From IMG/VR virus record IMGVR_UViG_3300029319_000206, positions 1-34,732 of that record: a DNA stretch of 34,732 bases, one strand, 5' to 3'. Below are positions 8,601-18,315 of this stretch, piece by piece. The stretch is from a virus. Its lineage: Duplodnaviria; Caudoviricetes. Made by a program: the position numbers and the translations under genes. The notes beneath the pieces are model-generated. The model was not told where the DNA came from, ran no database searches, and saw only the letters and a list, made by a program, of their open reading frames with translations. Position 1 is the stretch's first letter; each line of letters starts with the position of its first letter.

Positions 8601-11600
8601 CTCAACCTCAACAAATAACTGGTTTAAGCACTTATACAGGAATTACTACAACATCAATTTTATATAATGTGCTTGCTGTTGATGACAATTCATTTAGAAT
8701 AACAAATGCAGGATTAGGTGGAACATCACTTGATAATTATGACAGATTAAATTACATAAAATTTTCAGATCAAGGAACAGGATTCCAAGTTTTTAAATAT
8801 CCAGATATAAAATTAAATCTAAAATATGAATTGGCAAATACAAATGTTGGTGTCATAACAGCAACTCCTATTGTTAGAGGTTCAATTGAAGAGTTATATC
8901 TATATGAAAGTGGAAGTGGATATGGTTCTGATATTTTAAATTTAGAAAAACCTGTAAGCATTACTAAAAAATTTGGTAAAGATGCAGAACTCAAACCCAT
9001 AATTTCAAATGGCAAAATAAGTTATGTAGAAATTCAATCTAAAGGTCAAGATTATCAAACTGCACCAGATTTACAAGTAGTTGGTATTGGTACTGGAATA
9101 GGTGCTAAATTAAGAGCAGTTGTTGAAAATGGAAAAATTGTAAATGTTATCATACTAGAAGGTGGATTACAATATGATGAAAATACAACATCTATATTAG
9201 TTAAACCACCAGGATCTGAATTAAAAGTTGATGCATCAATAAGGAGTTTGTTTACTAACTCTTTTGATAGATATGGAAGTGAAGCATTAGTTGAATCACA
9301 AGAAAAATTAAAATATACTTTAGTTGGATATTCTACACAAATTGGAAATGATGCATTTGGTGATGATGGTATAGAACACTCACCTATAATTGGTTGGGCA
9401 TATGATGGTAATCCAATTTATGGACCATATGGATATAGTGATCCTTCTGACGAAAATTCTGCAATTAGACGTTTAGATTGTGGATATGAACTTAATCCAT
9501 CTAATATTATTGATAGACCAACAACATTTAGTTCGGGGTTCTTTATTGATGATTATGTTTTCACTAACGTTGGTGATTTAGATATTCATAATGGAAGATA
9601 TGGTAGAACACCTGAATATCCAAAAGGAACATATGCATATTTTGTTGGTATAACTTCAATATCATTAGAACCAAAATTTCCATATTTTATTGGTAATACT
9701 TATAGATCAAATCCAGTTATTGATAATTATAAGTTAACACAAAAAGATTTTAATATTGAAGATTCAAATCTTATTAGAAATACCTATCCATATAAAGTTT
9801 CAGATCAATTTGCAGATAATGATTTTATAGTAGAATCAAATGAAATATCAAAACAAACATCTGTGGTTGAATCAACTACTTTTGGATCTATTAATTCAAT
9901 ACAAATAATAAATGACGGTGATAATTATCGAGTTTCTAATTCTGCTGAATTTGATAATACGGGCACTGAAGGTGGTGGTCTTAGCGTTTCAGTAGATAGC
10001 ATAAAAGGAAAAACAATAAACTCGATTGATACAACAATCAACTCTTATGATAATGTTGTATTTTTCAAAAATGAAATAGGTGAAATATCTGCATCAATTT
10101 CAACAGCTCCATCACTTAATAATGGTGATAGAGTGGTCATATCTGGATTAAGCACAACATTATTACCTGATTTAAATGGTTCATTTATTATTGGTATAGA
10201 AACTGCAAGAAGTATAGTATATCAAGAAATTCCTAATTCAACTACAACTGGTATCGTAACTGATATTTACGTATCAAAAATACCAAGTAATGTATCAGTT
10301 GGAAGTAGTATTAGTATAGGGACTGAAAAATTATTAGTTCTCAATACTTTTGACCAAAACAACATATTGAGGGTTAGAAGGGGTACATCTGCTGGTGTTC
10401 ATACAGTGGGAACTATTATAAATCTTATTCCAAGTATTTTCAGTTTAGATAATACTGGATTTGGAGTTACTGATATAAATTCAAAATTAAATGATCAGGT
10501 ATTTTTTAACCCTCATGAATCTATCGGTGTAGGTACAGTTGTTGGTTTAGGGTCAACTGCTTTTTCAACTCTTGGAAATGTTAAAAAAGTAGTATCAACT
10601 CCTCTTCAAAGTATAAGATTACCAAATCATCCTTTTGTTACAAATCAAAGAGTTACTCTTACAAAACCTAGTGCTGGATACGCTCTGACAGTATCTGATG
10701 ATGATGGTGTAACTACATTTAAAATTCCAGAATCTGGAGATACTCAAGATGTCTTTATAATTAACAAATCTGAAAACTTTGTAGGTATAGTCACACAAGT
10801 AGGACTAACAACGAACACTAGTGGATTGTCATTCGTTGGTGATACAAAAGTTGGATCAAGTAGTTTTGAATATTCACTAAAAAGTAATTTTGAACAAATA
10901 ACAGGAAAATTACAAAGAATACATGCACAAGTATCACTCTCTACAGCACATAATTTATCTAATAATGAAATAATTGATTTAAATGTTATACCTAATCAGT
11001 CGGTTGGTATAGGAACATCAACATCTGTTAATGTTCGGTATGATGAATTTAACAATATTTTATTAATTAATACTAAAACATGTTCATCTAGTGGAATTAC
11101 CAGTTCTACCAATAATATTAATATTGCTTCTCATGATTTTGAATCAGGTGACAAGATTTATTATTCATCATCTTCACCCTCAGAAGGTTTATCTGATAAA
11201 AATTCGTATTTTGTGTTTAAAGTAGACGATAATAATTTTAAACTTGGAGAAACTATATCAGATGTTGTTAATGATCCGATAAGAATTATTGAACTTTCAT
11301 CAAAAGGTAACAACCATGAATTTTCACTAATTAATCCAAGAATTGAGGTAATTAAAAATAATAATTTAGTTTTTGGTGTAGGTCACTCATCTTTAGAAAA
11401 TTTTGAATTTAAATTATTCCATGATCAAAACTTTAAAAATGAATTTGTATCTACAGGGACAACAAACACATTTCAGGTCTCTGGAGTTGGAACAGTTGGT
11501 GTCACTTCAACTGCAACGGTCACTCTCAGTTTTTATGAGGATAACCCTAATACTTTATATTATAATGTACAAAAAAGTGGATATATTAGTACCTCTGATA

Positions 11601-14600
11601 CCATAGATGTAATCAATCCATCCTCTATTCAATACACTGATAGTGTATATGGTGGTGAATTTGAAGTATTTGATATTATTGGATTGGGTTCTACAATATT
11701 TAATATTTCTTTACCTGAAGTTCCTGAAAAAATATCTTACAACGCATCAGAAACAAGTAAATTATCTTATTCAACCAAATCACGCAATGTTTCAGGACCA
11801 ATTAATGAAGTAAAAATTAATTATGGTGGAATTGGATATAAAAGTTTACCATCTTTTGTAAGTGTTGCATCAACTCAAGGTGTAAATGCTTCTTTAATAC
11901 CTGATTCAACCACTATAAATCGGATTAATAGTATTAGAATATTAAATCCAGGTTTTGAATATTCTTCAGACAATACTCTTAAACCAGAGGCTTTTGTATC
12001 ACCTGTTATATCAATAATAGATTCAAACACAATAACAGATGTTGAAGTTGTTTCTGGAGGAAAAAACTATACATCTGAACCAGATTTAGTTATTGTTAAT
12101 CCAGATACTGGACTACAAGATACAACAGGATCAGTTCAAGCAACAATAAATGGAAGTTCTATATCTAATGCTTCTATTATTGTACCATCAAGAGGTTTAC
12201 AATCGGTTACTCATAAAATATTTGCACTTAATAATAGTAATGGAGCAACTATAAAAACAGTTGAATTTAATTCAGCAACAGGAATCGTGACTTGTACTTT
12301 AGTAACACCAATATTAGGTTTTAGCACTGCACCATTTTCTGTTGGGGAAGAAATATTTGTTGAAGGTATACAGCAATACACTCATCCGTCTATAACAGAG
12401 GGTGATGGATTTAATTCTGAGGATAATGGATTTAACTTCTTCAAAGTAACCTCAATGGTGAACAATAATCCAGCAACAGTTGAATTTGATTTATCAACAT
12501 TTACAAGTAATGCAGGAATTGCAAAAACAAATCAAAATTCATTTGCACAGATTATAAGCAAAGATGATTATCCAGTTTTTGCAGTAACACAGAAAATATT
12601 TAATTTTGTAGTGGGTGAAAAAATATCTGCATTCATTAGAGATTCTTTTACTCCAGTTGAACTTTCAATATCAGAATCTACTGATGAATTTATAAAAATT
12701 GTTGAGGATCAACCTGGTGCATTTGATTTAATTGCAGGACAAAAAATAAGAGGAGCAAATAGTGGTAACATAGCCACCATAAATCAAATATCTGAAAATA
12801 AAGGACAATTTAAAGTTGATTATTCTTTAAAAGAAAATAGAGGATGGAGAAATAATACTGGAAAATTAAACCAAGATTATCAAGTATTACCAGATAATAA
12901 TTATTATCAAAATTTATCATATACTGTTAAAAGTTCAATAACATTTGAAGATTTAATAAATCCTGTCAATCGACTCTTACATACAAGTGGTTTAAAGAAT
13001 TTTGCTGATGTAGGTATTCAATCTTCGACTAGTGCAGGTGTTACAACATCAACTTTTCTTGATACAGTCGCACTCGATATTATAGATCAAAAACGTGTTG
13101 ATACAATTAATAATTTTGATTTTGCTTTGGATATTGACGTTGTAAATAATAAATCAAAATTCTTAAAATTACAAAATACAAAATTATCACCATATATCGA
13201 GTGTAGAACAAATCGAGTTTTGGAAATTGATGATATAAGTCCACTATTTTCAAATACATCAACAGTTTTAGCAAAATTATTAGATATACCAATCAATACT
13301 TCTTTTGCAAGATATTTAATACAAACTAGAAATCCATTTAATAAAAATATTCAATTATCAGATTTAGTTTTATTCAGAGATGAAAATGATGTTTTTACAG
13401 CAGAGCAAACAAAAGTTCATAACACATCATCAGAATTAGGAACTTTAAAATTTGAATTAGATTCAAATGATTTAGTAAACCTAGTGTTTATTCCAGATGA
13501 TCCTGATAATAATGATTATGATTTAAAAATTTTTCAAAATACTTTTAACACAGATTTATCTGGTATAGGAACACAATCTTTAGGATTTATCAATTTAATA
13601 GGAAGTAATAAATCAGTTTCAACAGCTTCTACATCAGAGATAATTTCGTCAAATACTGGAAACACAGATGCATTTTTTGTCTCTGCAGAAGTTAAAAATC
13701 CTACAACTTCAGAAACTAATTTTGTAGAATTATATGCAACTCATGATGGTACAAATACCTTCTTATCTGAATTTTATAGTGATTCAGAACAAGCGTTTAC
13801 CTCTAATTTCATTGGTAGTTTTACTGCTGGTATATCAACAGGTGCATTTAGAATAAAATTTGAAAATGATGAACTAAATGAAATAGAAGTTAGAACTTCA
13901 GTGATTGGTATTGGTACAACTGCTGCAGGTATTGGTACATATAGATTTAAATCGCAAGGTCAATCTGATGGAACTGAAAAAACTGTGAGATTTGAATCTA
14001 AATTTGCTAACGTATCTACTTCTTCAACAATATCATCATATCAGTTACAAGAGATAACTAGTTTCAAGAGTATCATAAGAGTATCGAGTGGTTCCACTAG
14101 TGCGTTGCATCAAGTAATGGTTGCACACAATGAAACTGATACTCATACGACTCAATACCCATTTTTATCTATAGGTAGTACTTCAGGAATAGGAACATTC
14201 TCATCATCATTAAAAGGCACTGATTTAAACTTTAATTTTCATCCAGATCCAGAATTTACTGGTGGTACAAATAATGTACAAATTCAAGTATTAAATAAAT
14301 TATTCCATAAAGACATTGATTTAATAAATCCCCCTCTTGATTTACAATATGGAACAGTGACTGAATCATTATCATTAGCACAATATGATGCTATAAACGG
14401 AAGTAGAGCAAATAAATCGAGTTTTATATTACAATCTAATTCACAACCAATATTCCAAAAGAATTTTAATCCATCTGATTCTACAGTTTTAGATTTAGCA
14501 ACAGGTCAATTTACAATTATTGATCATTTCTTTGAAACTGGTGAAAAAATAATATATTCACCTGGTTCTACTTTTGATGGTGTATCAGTAGCAGGTATTA

Positions 14601-17600
14601 CAACAGCAGGAGGAACTTTAGCAGCAGGAACTGAATTATTTGCAATAAAGGATGGTGGTAATAAAGATAGATTTAAGGTTGCAAAAACAAAACCTGATGC
14701 ATTAAAAGGAATAGCATTATCATTTACGGGTTCAGGATCTGGTAATAGTCATGAATTTGAAATGTCTAAGAAAAATGAAAAGGCTCTTATATCTCTTGAC
14801 GGTGTAATACAATCTCCAATCGCATTTACTCCAATAACTACAAATCTTGAATTTAATATTAATGATAGTGTAACAACATTCAGTGTTACTGGTATTTCTT
14901 CAGTTACCACAGGTGATACAATTAAAATAAATGAAGAATACATGGAGATCACAAATGTTGGTTTAGGAACTACATCTGTTGGTCCAATAACTGAAAGTGG
15001 AGATGTTAAAATTCTTGAGGTTGTAAGAGGATATATTGGTTCTGCAGCAACTAATCATAGTGCTAGTGATATAGCTAGACTTTATTCAGGAAGTTATAAC
15101 ATAGTTGATAGTACAATTCATTTTACTGAAGCACCAAGAGGAACCAATATATCACAAAGAACTCCATCAAATCTAACTCCAGTGAGATCAACATTTAATG
15201 GTAGAGTTTATTTGAGACAAGATTATAGTACTAATCAAATATTTGATGATATATCAGATAGTTTTAATGGTATAGATCAATCGTATAGAGTAAAAGTTGG
15301 AGGAGCAGATACAGTTGGAATTAATACTGGAAGTAGTATTTTATTATTAAATGGAATATTCCAAACACCTACAACCTTTAATAACTTAGGTAACAATTAT
15401 AATTTTGCAACAATTGGTGCTGGAACATCTACTAATGTAGTATTCACAGGAATTACATCTTCTAATGGTAGTTTGATTGTAAGTGATACTGATGTAAATC
15501 AAAATCAACTACCTAGAGGTGGTGTAATTGTATCATTAGGATCAACTGGTGGATTGGGTGTTGCGAATCTTGTTGGTGCAAAGGTGAAAGCAACCATTAA
15601 TGGTAGTGGTTCAATTATAGGACTTACTGGTATTGGAACAACTGGTAGTTCATATGGCATAAGCACCGCATCATATAATAATACAACAGGACAATTAGAA
15701 ATTACCACATCATCCAACCATGATTTTGGTGATATTAATGAGTTTGTAAGACTTGATGGTTTGAACTTTACACCTTCATTAACAATAGCAGATGATTTAT
15801 CATTTGGTATTACAGGAATATTGTCTGCAACAACATTCACCGTAAGTATAGGAGCTAGCACACAGGCGCATACTTATGTTGGTTCTGGAACTGCATTTGA
15901 ATATTTAAATGATCTATCATTTGGTTCTGGTTATAGAAATCCAGTTTCTGTTGCTGTTACAGATTTATCTGGAAATGGAGCAAGTGCTGATATTTCAGCA
16001 GAGGTTGTTTCTAATACTCACGTTTTTGTAAGTGCAGTAGCAAATGCTGTTTCAGTTACTGGAGGTCTTTCTCTTACTCCTACAAATGCCACATATGATC
16101 CAGCAACAGGAGATTTAGTAATTACAAAAGCATCTCACGGTTTAACAACAAGTGATACAGTTGGTCTTGCTACAAATGGATTTGTATTTAGATGTGCTCA
16201 AGATAATTTTTCAACCGATCATTCTTATCCCCGTTCTGGTCCAACACCAAGTTCAGGTGGAGGAGATCCTGCACATGGCAAAACTTTAGCAATTACTTCA
16301 AAAACAACAAATACATTCACAGTTAACGTAGGTATTACAAATACAGGCACAGGTGGTGCTCTTAAATTTACTATCAATAATGCAGGTACTGGTTATATTA
16401 AACCAAGAATATTTGTTGAATCACCATCATATTCTAATCTTCCAATAATAGGAGTATCAAGGAGAGGAATTGGTTCTACGACAGATACAGGTAATGGAGT
16501 TACTCTAACTTTAGACGTAGGTGCTGGAGCTACAACAGTTGGATTAGGTTCAACATCAAATATTATATCTAATTTTGAATTAGATAATCAAGGTTATAAT
16601 TTTAAAGTAGGTGATGTGTTTAAACCTGTTGGATTAGTGACTGATAGATTTTTAAACACTTCACAATTAATAAATGATTTTGAATTGACAGTATTAGATG
16701 TCTTTAGAGATCAATATTCTTCATGGAATTTTGGACAATTTGATTTTATTGACTCAATTAAGGAACTTCAAGATGGCATTAGAAAAAGATTCCCAATAAT
16801 TTACAATGGAAATTTACTTAGTTTTGAAACTGATGAATTAAATGTATCATCTGCTTTAATTGATTTAAAAAGTCTTCTTCTTATATTTGTTAATGGTGTT
16901 GTGCAAGATCCTGGTGAAGCATATAGTTTTGATGGAGGCACGTCTTTTGAATTTTCACAGGCACCTGATCCAACAGATGTAATTGACATATTCTTTTATA
17001 AAGGAACTGAAGGAGTTGATGCTGTGCAAGTTTCAGCAGGAGCATCAGTTGCACCTACCATAAAAGTTGGAGACTCTGTTCAATTAATTAAAAACTCAGG
17101 TGTTACAACCACTCAATCACCAAGAGTTATATATTCTATCAGTAGTTCAGATGAGGTTGAAACAAATTTATATAATGGTATTGGTATTGATGAAGTAAAC
17201 TTCAAACCTTTACATTGGACAAAACAAAAAAGAGATAAAAAAATTAATGGTGAATTTGTATTCAAATCAAGAGACTCAATTGAATCTTTAGTTTATCCAA
17301 CTGCAAAAATTATATCTGATGTTGGTGTGGGTGATACTATATTGTATCTTGATAATGCAACTTTATTCAATTATGAAGAAGATTTTGGATCTATAGATAT
17401 TGGTACAGTTGGTGGTTTAATAGTCGAATCAACCGATTTAGTTGCTGCTGGACTAACAGCAGTAGTTTCTGCTGCTGGTACAATTCAATCATTAGATATT
17501 GTTAATGCTGGTAATGGTTTCGTAGGTTCTGCTGTTACTGTTTCAATATCAGCACCAGCAACTAATAATTATTATTCAATTACTACATCAACCTCACCAC

Positions 17601-18289
17601 CTTCTGGTCTTACAACAGCAACAGCAACAGTTTCTATATCAAATGGTCGCCTAAATACAGTTACTATTACCAATCCTGGTTTTGGATATACTCAAACTAA
17701 ACCTCCTCAAGTATTAGCACCATTCCCAACTATAAAGAAAGAGGATGTTGATTTAATATCAACTATTGAGGGATTTGATGGTGACATCATAGGTGTGGGA
17801 GTGACAGATGGTATAAATGGAAATCCCCTAGCACTTAAATTTACATTAAATGCTAATTTAGGAGCAGGTTCTGGAAATCCATCTGCAACTCTAACTGATT
17901 TGAAGGTTGGATATCCAATCTATGTCTTTGACACTCAGGTTGGACATGGTGTAACCTCTGTTTACAGTGATGGTGCAGTTGTTGCCACAGGTACAACTTG
18001 TGTTGATAACATTTACTTTGTAGATGCATTTAATGAAGGAGTCGGTATTATAACATGTAATATCATGACTGGAGTAAATACTACTGGTATAGATACTTCA
18101 GTGGGATTGGGAACTGCAATTGGTGGATTTTCATGGGGTCGATTAACCAATTTCAATAGATCCTCAAATCCTATATCAATAGGTGTTACAGGTAATATTC
18201 ATTACTCAGGCATCTCATCTTATCCAACAATTCAAAGAAGAGATTTTGGACTTAGAGACTCTGGTGCTTTAAGAAAGGATCTTGGCTAG
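5606..18289 (+). CDS. gp7: Giant baseplate wedge initiator (T4 gp7-like), 4227 aa, with many inserted repeat domains
   Basis: Lies between gp6 and gp8. gp7-type N-terminal block (IPEFL...IKNSKSLYQSKGTEESFRILFNILY) and a second core block (DNNYYQNLSYTVKS...LLHTSGLKNF, ~12890-13010); repeated beta modules and a YHYH-like segment. Confidence 0.85.
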   Translation: MITTGIDKRVKVQQIIENQIPEFLLSESPKAVDFLKQYYISQEYQGGSIDLTDNLDQYIKLDNLTPEVVVGETTLTSGITTVATTVNVSSTKGFPKEYGLFKINEEIITYTGLTTNTFTGCVRGFSGITTYHATNQPNELIFTDSTATNHETDATVINLSALFLKEFYKKTKSTLTPGLENVDFVDNLDVSNFIKNSKSLYQSKGTEESFRILFNILYNETPKVIDLEEYLIKPSSAEYIRREIVLAEAIVGDPTKLLGQTIIKSTDINTRAPIAASVSEIQPFTRRGKTYYKLGLFVGFNDRDLIEGTFTIPGITKSITDVSIGSSVITVDSTVGFAATGFVVSGINTNIYYGSKSINQFFDCENIISPISTTDDIRADVFYYGYEDADLTKKVELRLTGVLSEFEPTSDIRLLTEGEKITVKNVGEKITDPLLNKSRKQIFANSWIYNTSSRFQVSSISGNNFVLFTRDIDKSSIKVGDAVQILFRNEENIAGTGVVKSVSPSTRTIDLDPLSSVSGGSFSVDPNRDYDIRRSIKTASSSTVDIEFGNNVLTADTTNVYNQLDENMYVASNSLPSYTITASIPQSIIPNATGNIDLQGYNPSTLKYSVISFSSNVNFITGDEITYTAQGTLIPGLIEGSYFVEVLSAKNQIRLYKSRSFIPIGDFEEFESLPLNTGTHTFSLIGTVNQKIGAQRILREFPLKPNIVSSSNEKTLPGTTGLLINGVEILNYKSNDKIYFGPLESIKVLNGGSNYDVLVPPTFEVSSPSSGGTRALVQPVVVGEVTDIQIDPQDFDIQKVLSVTIEGGNGSGAVFEPILSKRKREITFDGRLISQSGGIDNVNETLTFLSDHHISSGLPLIYDKNGNNPLGVSTVGNDGTSVVGLGTTTLVDSATYYPLVVNANTIKLFQNINDYNSGINTVGFTTFNKDGVHKFKLFKEENTLKDIKILEGGSNYQNRQLFVKPIGINTSNHTINFNNHGFSTGDKIVYSNNVGLGSTQPQQITGLSTYTGITTTSILYNVLAVDDNSFRITNAGLGGTSLDNYDRLNYIKFSDQGTGFQVFKYPDIKLNLKYELANTNVGVITATPIVRGSIEELYLYESGSGYGSDILNLEKPVSITKKFGKDAELKPIISNGKISYVEIQSKGQDYQTAPDLQVVGIGTGIGAKLRAVVENGKIVNVIILEGGLQYDENTTSILVKPPGSELKVDASIRSLFTNSFDRYGSEALVESQEKLKYTLVGYSTQIGNDAFGDDGIEHSPIIGWAYDGNPIYGPYGYSDPSDENSAIRRLDCGYELNPSNIIDRPTTFSSGFFIDDYVFTNVGDLDIHNGRYGRTPEYPKGTYAYFVGITSISLEPKFPYFIGNTYRSNPVIDNYKLTQKDFNIEDSNLIRNTYPYKVSDQFADNDFIVESNEISKQTSVVESTTFGSINSIQIINDGDNYRVSNSAEFDNTGTEGGGLSVSVDSIKGKTINSIDTTINSYDNVVFFKNEIGEISASISTAPSLNNGDRVVISGLSTTLLPDLNGSFIIGIETARSIVYQEIPNSTTTGIVTDIYVSKIPSNVSVGSSISIGTEKLLVLNTFDQNNILRVRRGTSAGVHTVGTIINLIPSIFSLDNTGFGVTDINSKLNDQVFFNPHESIGVGTVVGLGSTAFSTLGNVKKVVSTPLQSIRLPNHPFVTNQRVTLTKPSAGYALTVSDDDGVTTFKIPESGDTQDVFIINKSENFVGIVTQVGLTTNTSGLSFVGDTKVGSSSFEYSLKSNFEQITGKLQRIHAQVSLSTAHNLSNNEIIDLNVIPNQSVGIGTSTSVNVRYDEFNNILLINTKTCSSSGITSSTNNINIASHDFESGDKIYYSSSSPSEGLSDKNSYFVFKVDDNNFKLGETISDVVNDPIRIIELSSKGNNHEFSLINPRIEVIKNNNLVFGVGHSSLENFEFKLFHDQNFKNEFVSTGTTNTFQVSGVGTVGVTSTATVTLSFYEDNPNTLYYNVQKSGYISTSDTIDVINPSSIQYTDSVYGGEFEVFDIIGLGSTIFNISLPEVPEKISYNASETSKLSYSTKSRNVSGPINEVKINYGGIGYKSLPSFVSVASTQGVNASLIPDSTTINRINSIRILNPGFEYSSDNTLKPEAFVSPVISIIDSNTITDVEVVSGGKNYTSEPDLVIVNPDTGLQDTTGSVQATINGSSISNASIIVPSRGLQSVTHKIFALNNSNGATIKTVEFNSATGIVTCTLVTPILGFSTAPFSVGEEIFVEGIQQYTHPSITEGDGFNSEDNGFNFFKVTSMVNNNPATVEFDLSTFTSNAGIAKTNQNSFAQIISKDDYPVFAVTQKIFNFVVGEKISAFIRDSFTPVELSISESTDEFIKIVEDQPGAFDLIAGQKIRGANSGNIATINQISENKGQFKVDYSLKENRGWRNNTGKLNQDYQVLPDNNYYQNLSYTVKSSITFEDLINPVNRLLHTSGLKNFADVGIQSSTSAGVTTSTFLDTVALDIIDQKRVDTINNFDFALDIDVVNNKSKFLKLQNTKLSPYIECRTNRVLEIDDISPLFSNTSTVLAKLLDIPINTSFARYLIQTRNPFNKNIQLSDLVLFRDENDVFTAEQTKVHNTSSELGTLKFELDSNDLVNLVFIPDDPDNNDYDLKIFQNTFNTDLSGIGTQSLGFINLIGSNKSVSTASTSEIISSNTGNTDAFFVSAEVKNPTTSETNFVELYATHDGTNTFLSEFYSDSEQAFTSNFIGSFTAGISTGAFRIKFENDELNEIEVRTSVIGIGTTAAGIGTYRFKSQGQSDGTEKTVRFESKFANVSTSSTISSYQLQEITSFKSIIRVSSGSTSALHQVMVAHNETDTHTTQYPFLSIGSTSGIGTFSSSLKGTDLNFNFHPDPEFTGGTNNVQIQVLNKLFHKDIDLINPPLDLQYGTVTESLSLAQYDAINGSRANKSSFILQSNSQPIFQKNFNPSDSTVLDLATGQFTIIDHFFETGEKIIYSPGSTFDGVSVAGITTAGGTLAAGTELFAIKDGGNKDRFKVAKTKPDALKGIALSFTGSGSGNSHEFEMSKKNEKALISLDGVIQSPIAFTPITTNLEFNINDSVTTFSVTGISSVTTGDTIKINEEYMEITNVGLGTTSVGPITESGDVKILEVVRGYIGSAATNHSASDIARLYSGSYNIVDSTIHFTEAPRGTNISQRTPSNLTPVRSTFNGRVYLRQDYSTNQIFDDISDSFNGIDQSYRVKVGGADTVGINTGSSILLLNGIFQTPTTFNNLGNNYNFATIGAGTSTNVVFTGITSSNGSLIVSDTDVNQNQLPRGGVIVSLGSTGGLGVANLVGAKVKATINGSGSIIGLTGIGTTGSSYGISTASYNNTTGQLEITTSSNHDFGDINEFVRLDGLNFTPSLTIADDLSFGITGILSATTFTVSIGASTQAHTYVGSGTAFEYLNDLSFGSGYRNPVSVAVTDLSGNGASADISAEVVSNTHVFVSAVANAVSVTGGLSLTPTNATYDPATGDLVITKASHGLTTSDTVGLATNGFVFRCAQDNFSTDHSYPRSGPTPSSGGGDPAHGKTLAITSKTTNTFTVNVGITNTGTGGALKFTINNAGTGYIKPRIFVESPSYSNLPIIGVSRRGIGSTTDTGNGVTLTLDVGAGATTVGLGSTSNIISNFELDNQGYNFKVGDVFKPVGLVTDRFLNTSQLINDFELTVLDVFRDQYSSWNFGQFDFIDSIKELQDGIRKRFPIIYNGNLLSFETDELNVSSALIDLKSLLLIFVNGVVQDPGEAYSFDGGTSFEFSQAPDPTDVIDIFFYKGTEGVDAVQVSAGASVAPTIKVGDSVQLIKNSGVTTTQSPRVIYSISSSDEVETNLYNGIGIDEVNFKPLHWTKQKRDKKINGEFVFKSRDSIESLVYPTAKIISDVGVGDTILYLDNATLFNYEEDFGSIDIGTVGGLIVESTDLVAAGLTAVVSAAGTIQSLDIVNAGNGFVGSAVTVSISAPATNNYYSITTSTSPPSGLTTATATVSISNGRLNTVTITNPGFGYTQTKPPQVLAPFPTIKKEDVDLISTIEGFDGDIIGVGVTDGINGNPLALKFTLNANLGAGSGNPSATLTDLKVGYPIYVFDTQVGHGVTSVYSDGAVVATGTTCVDNIYFVDAFNEGVGIITCNIMTGVNTTGIDTSVGLGTAIGGFSWGRLTNFNRSSNPISIGVTGNIHYSGISSYPTIQRRDFGLRDSGALRKDLG

Positions 18290-18297
18290 TATAAATA
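18290..18297 (+). promoter_or_regulatory. T4-type late promoter upstream of gp8
   Basis: Perfect TATAAATA in the 26-nt intergenic gap, 18 nt before the ATG. Confidence 0.85.
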
Positions 18298-18315
18298 TAG
18301 AAAAAAGCTGAAGAT

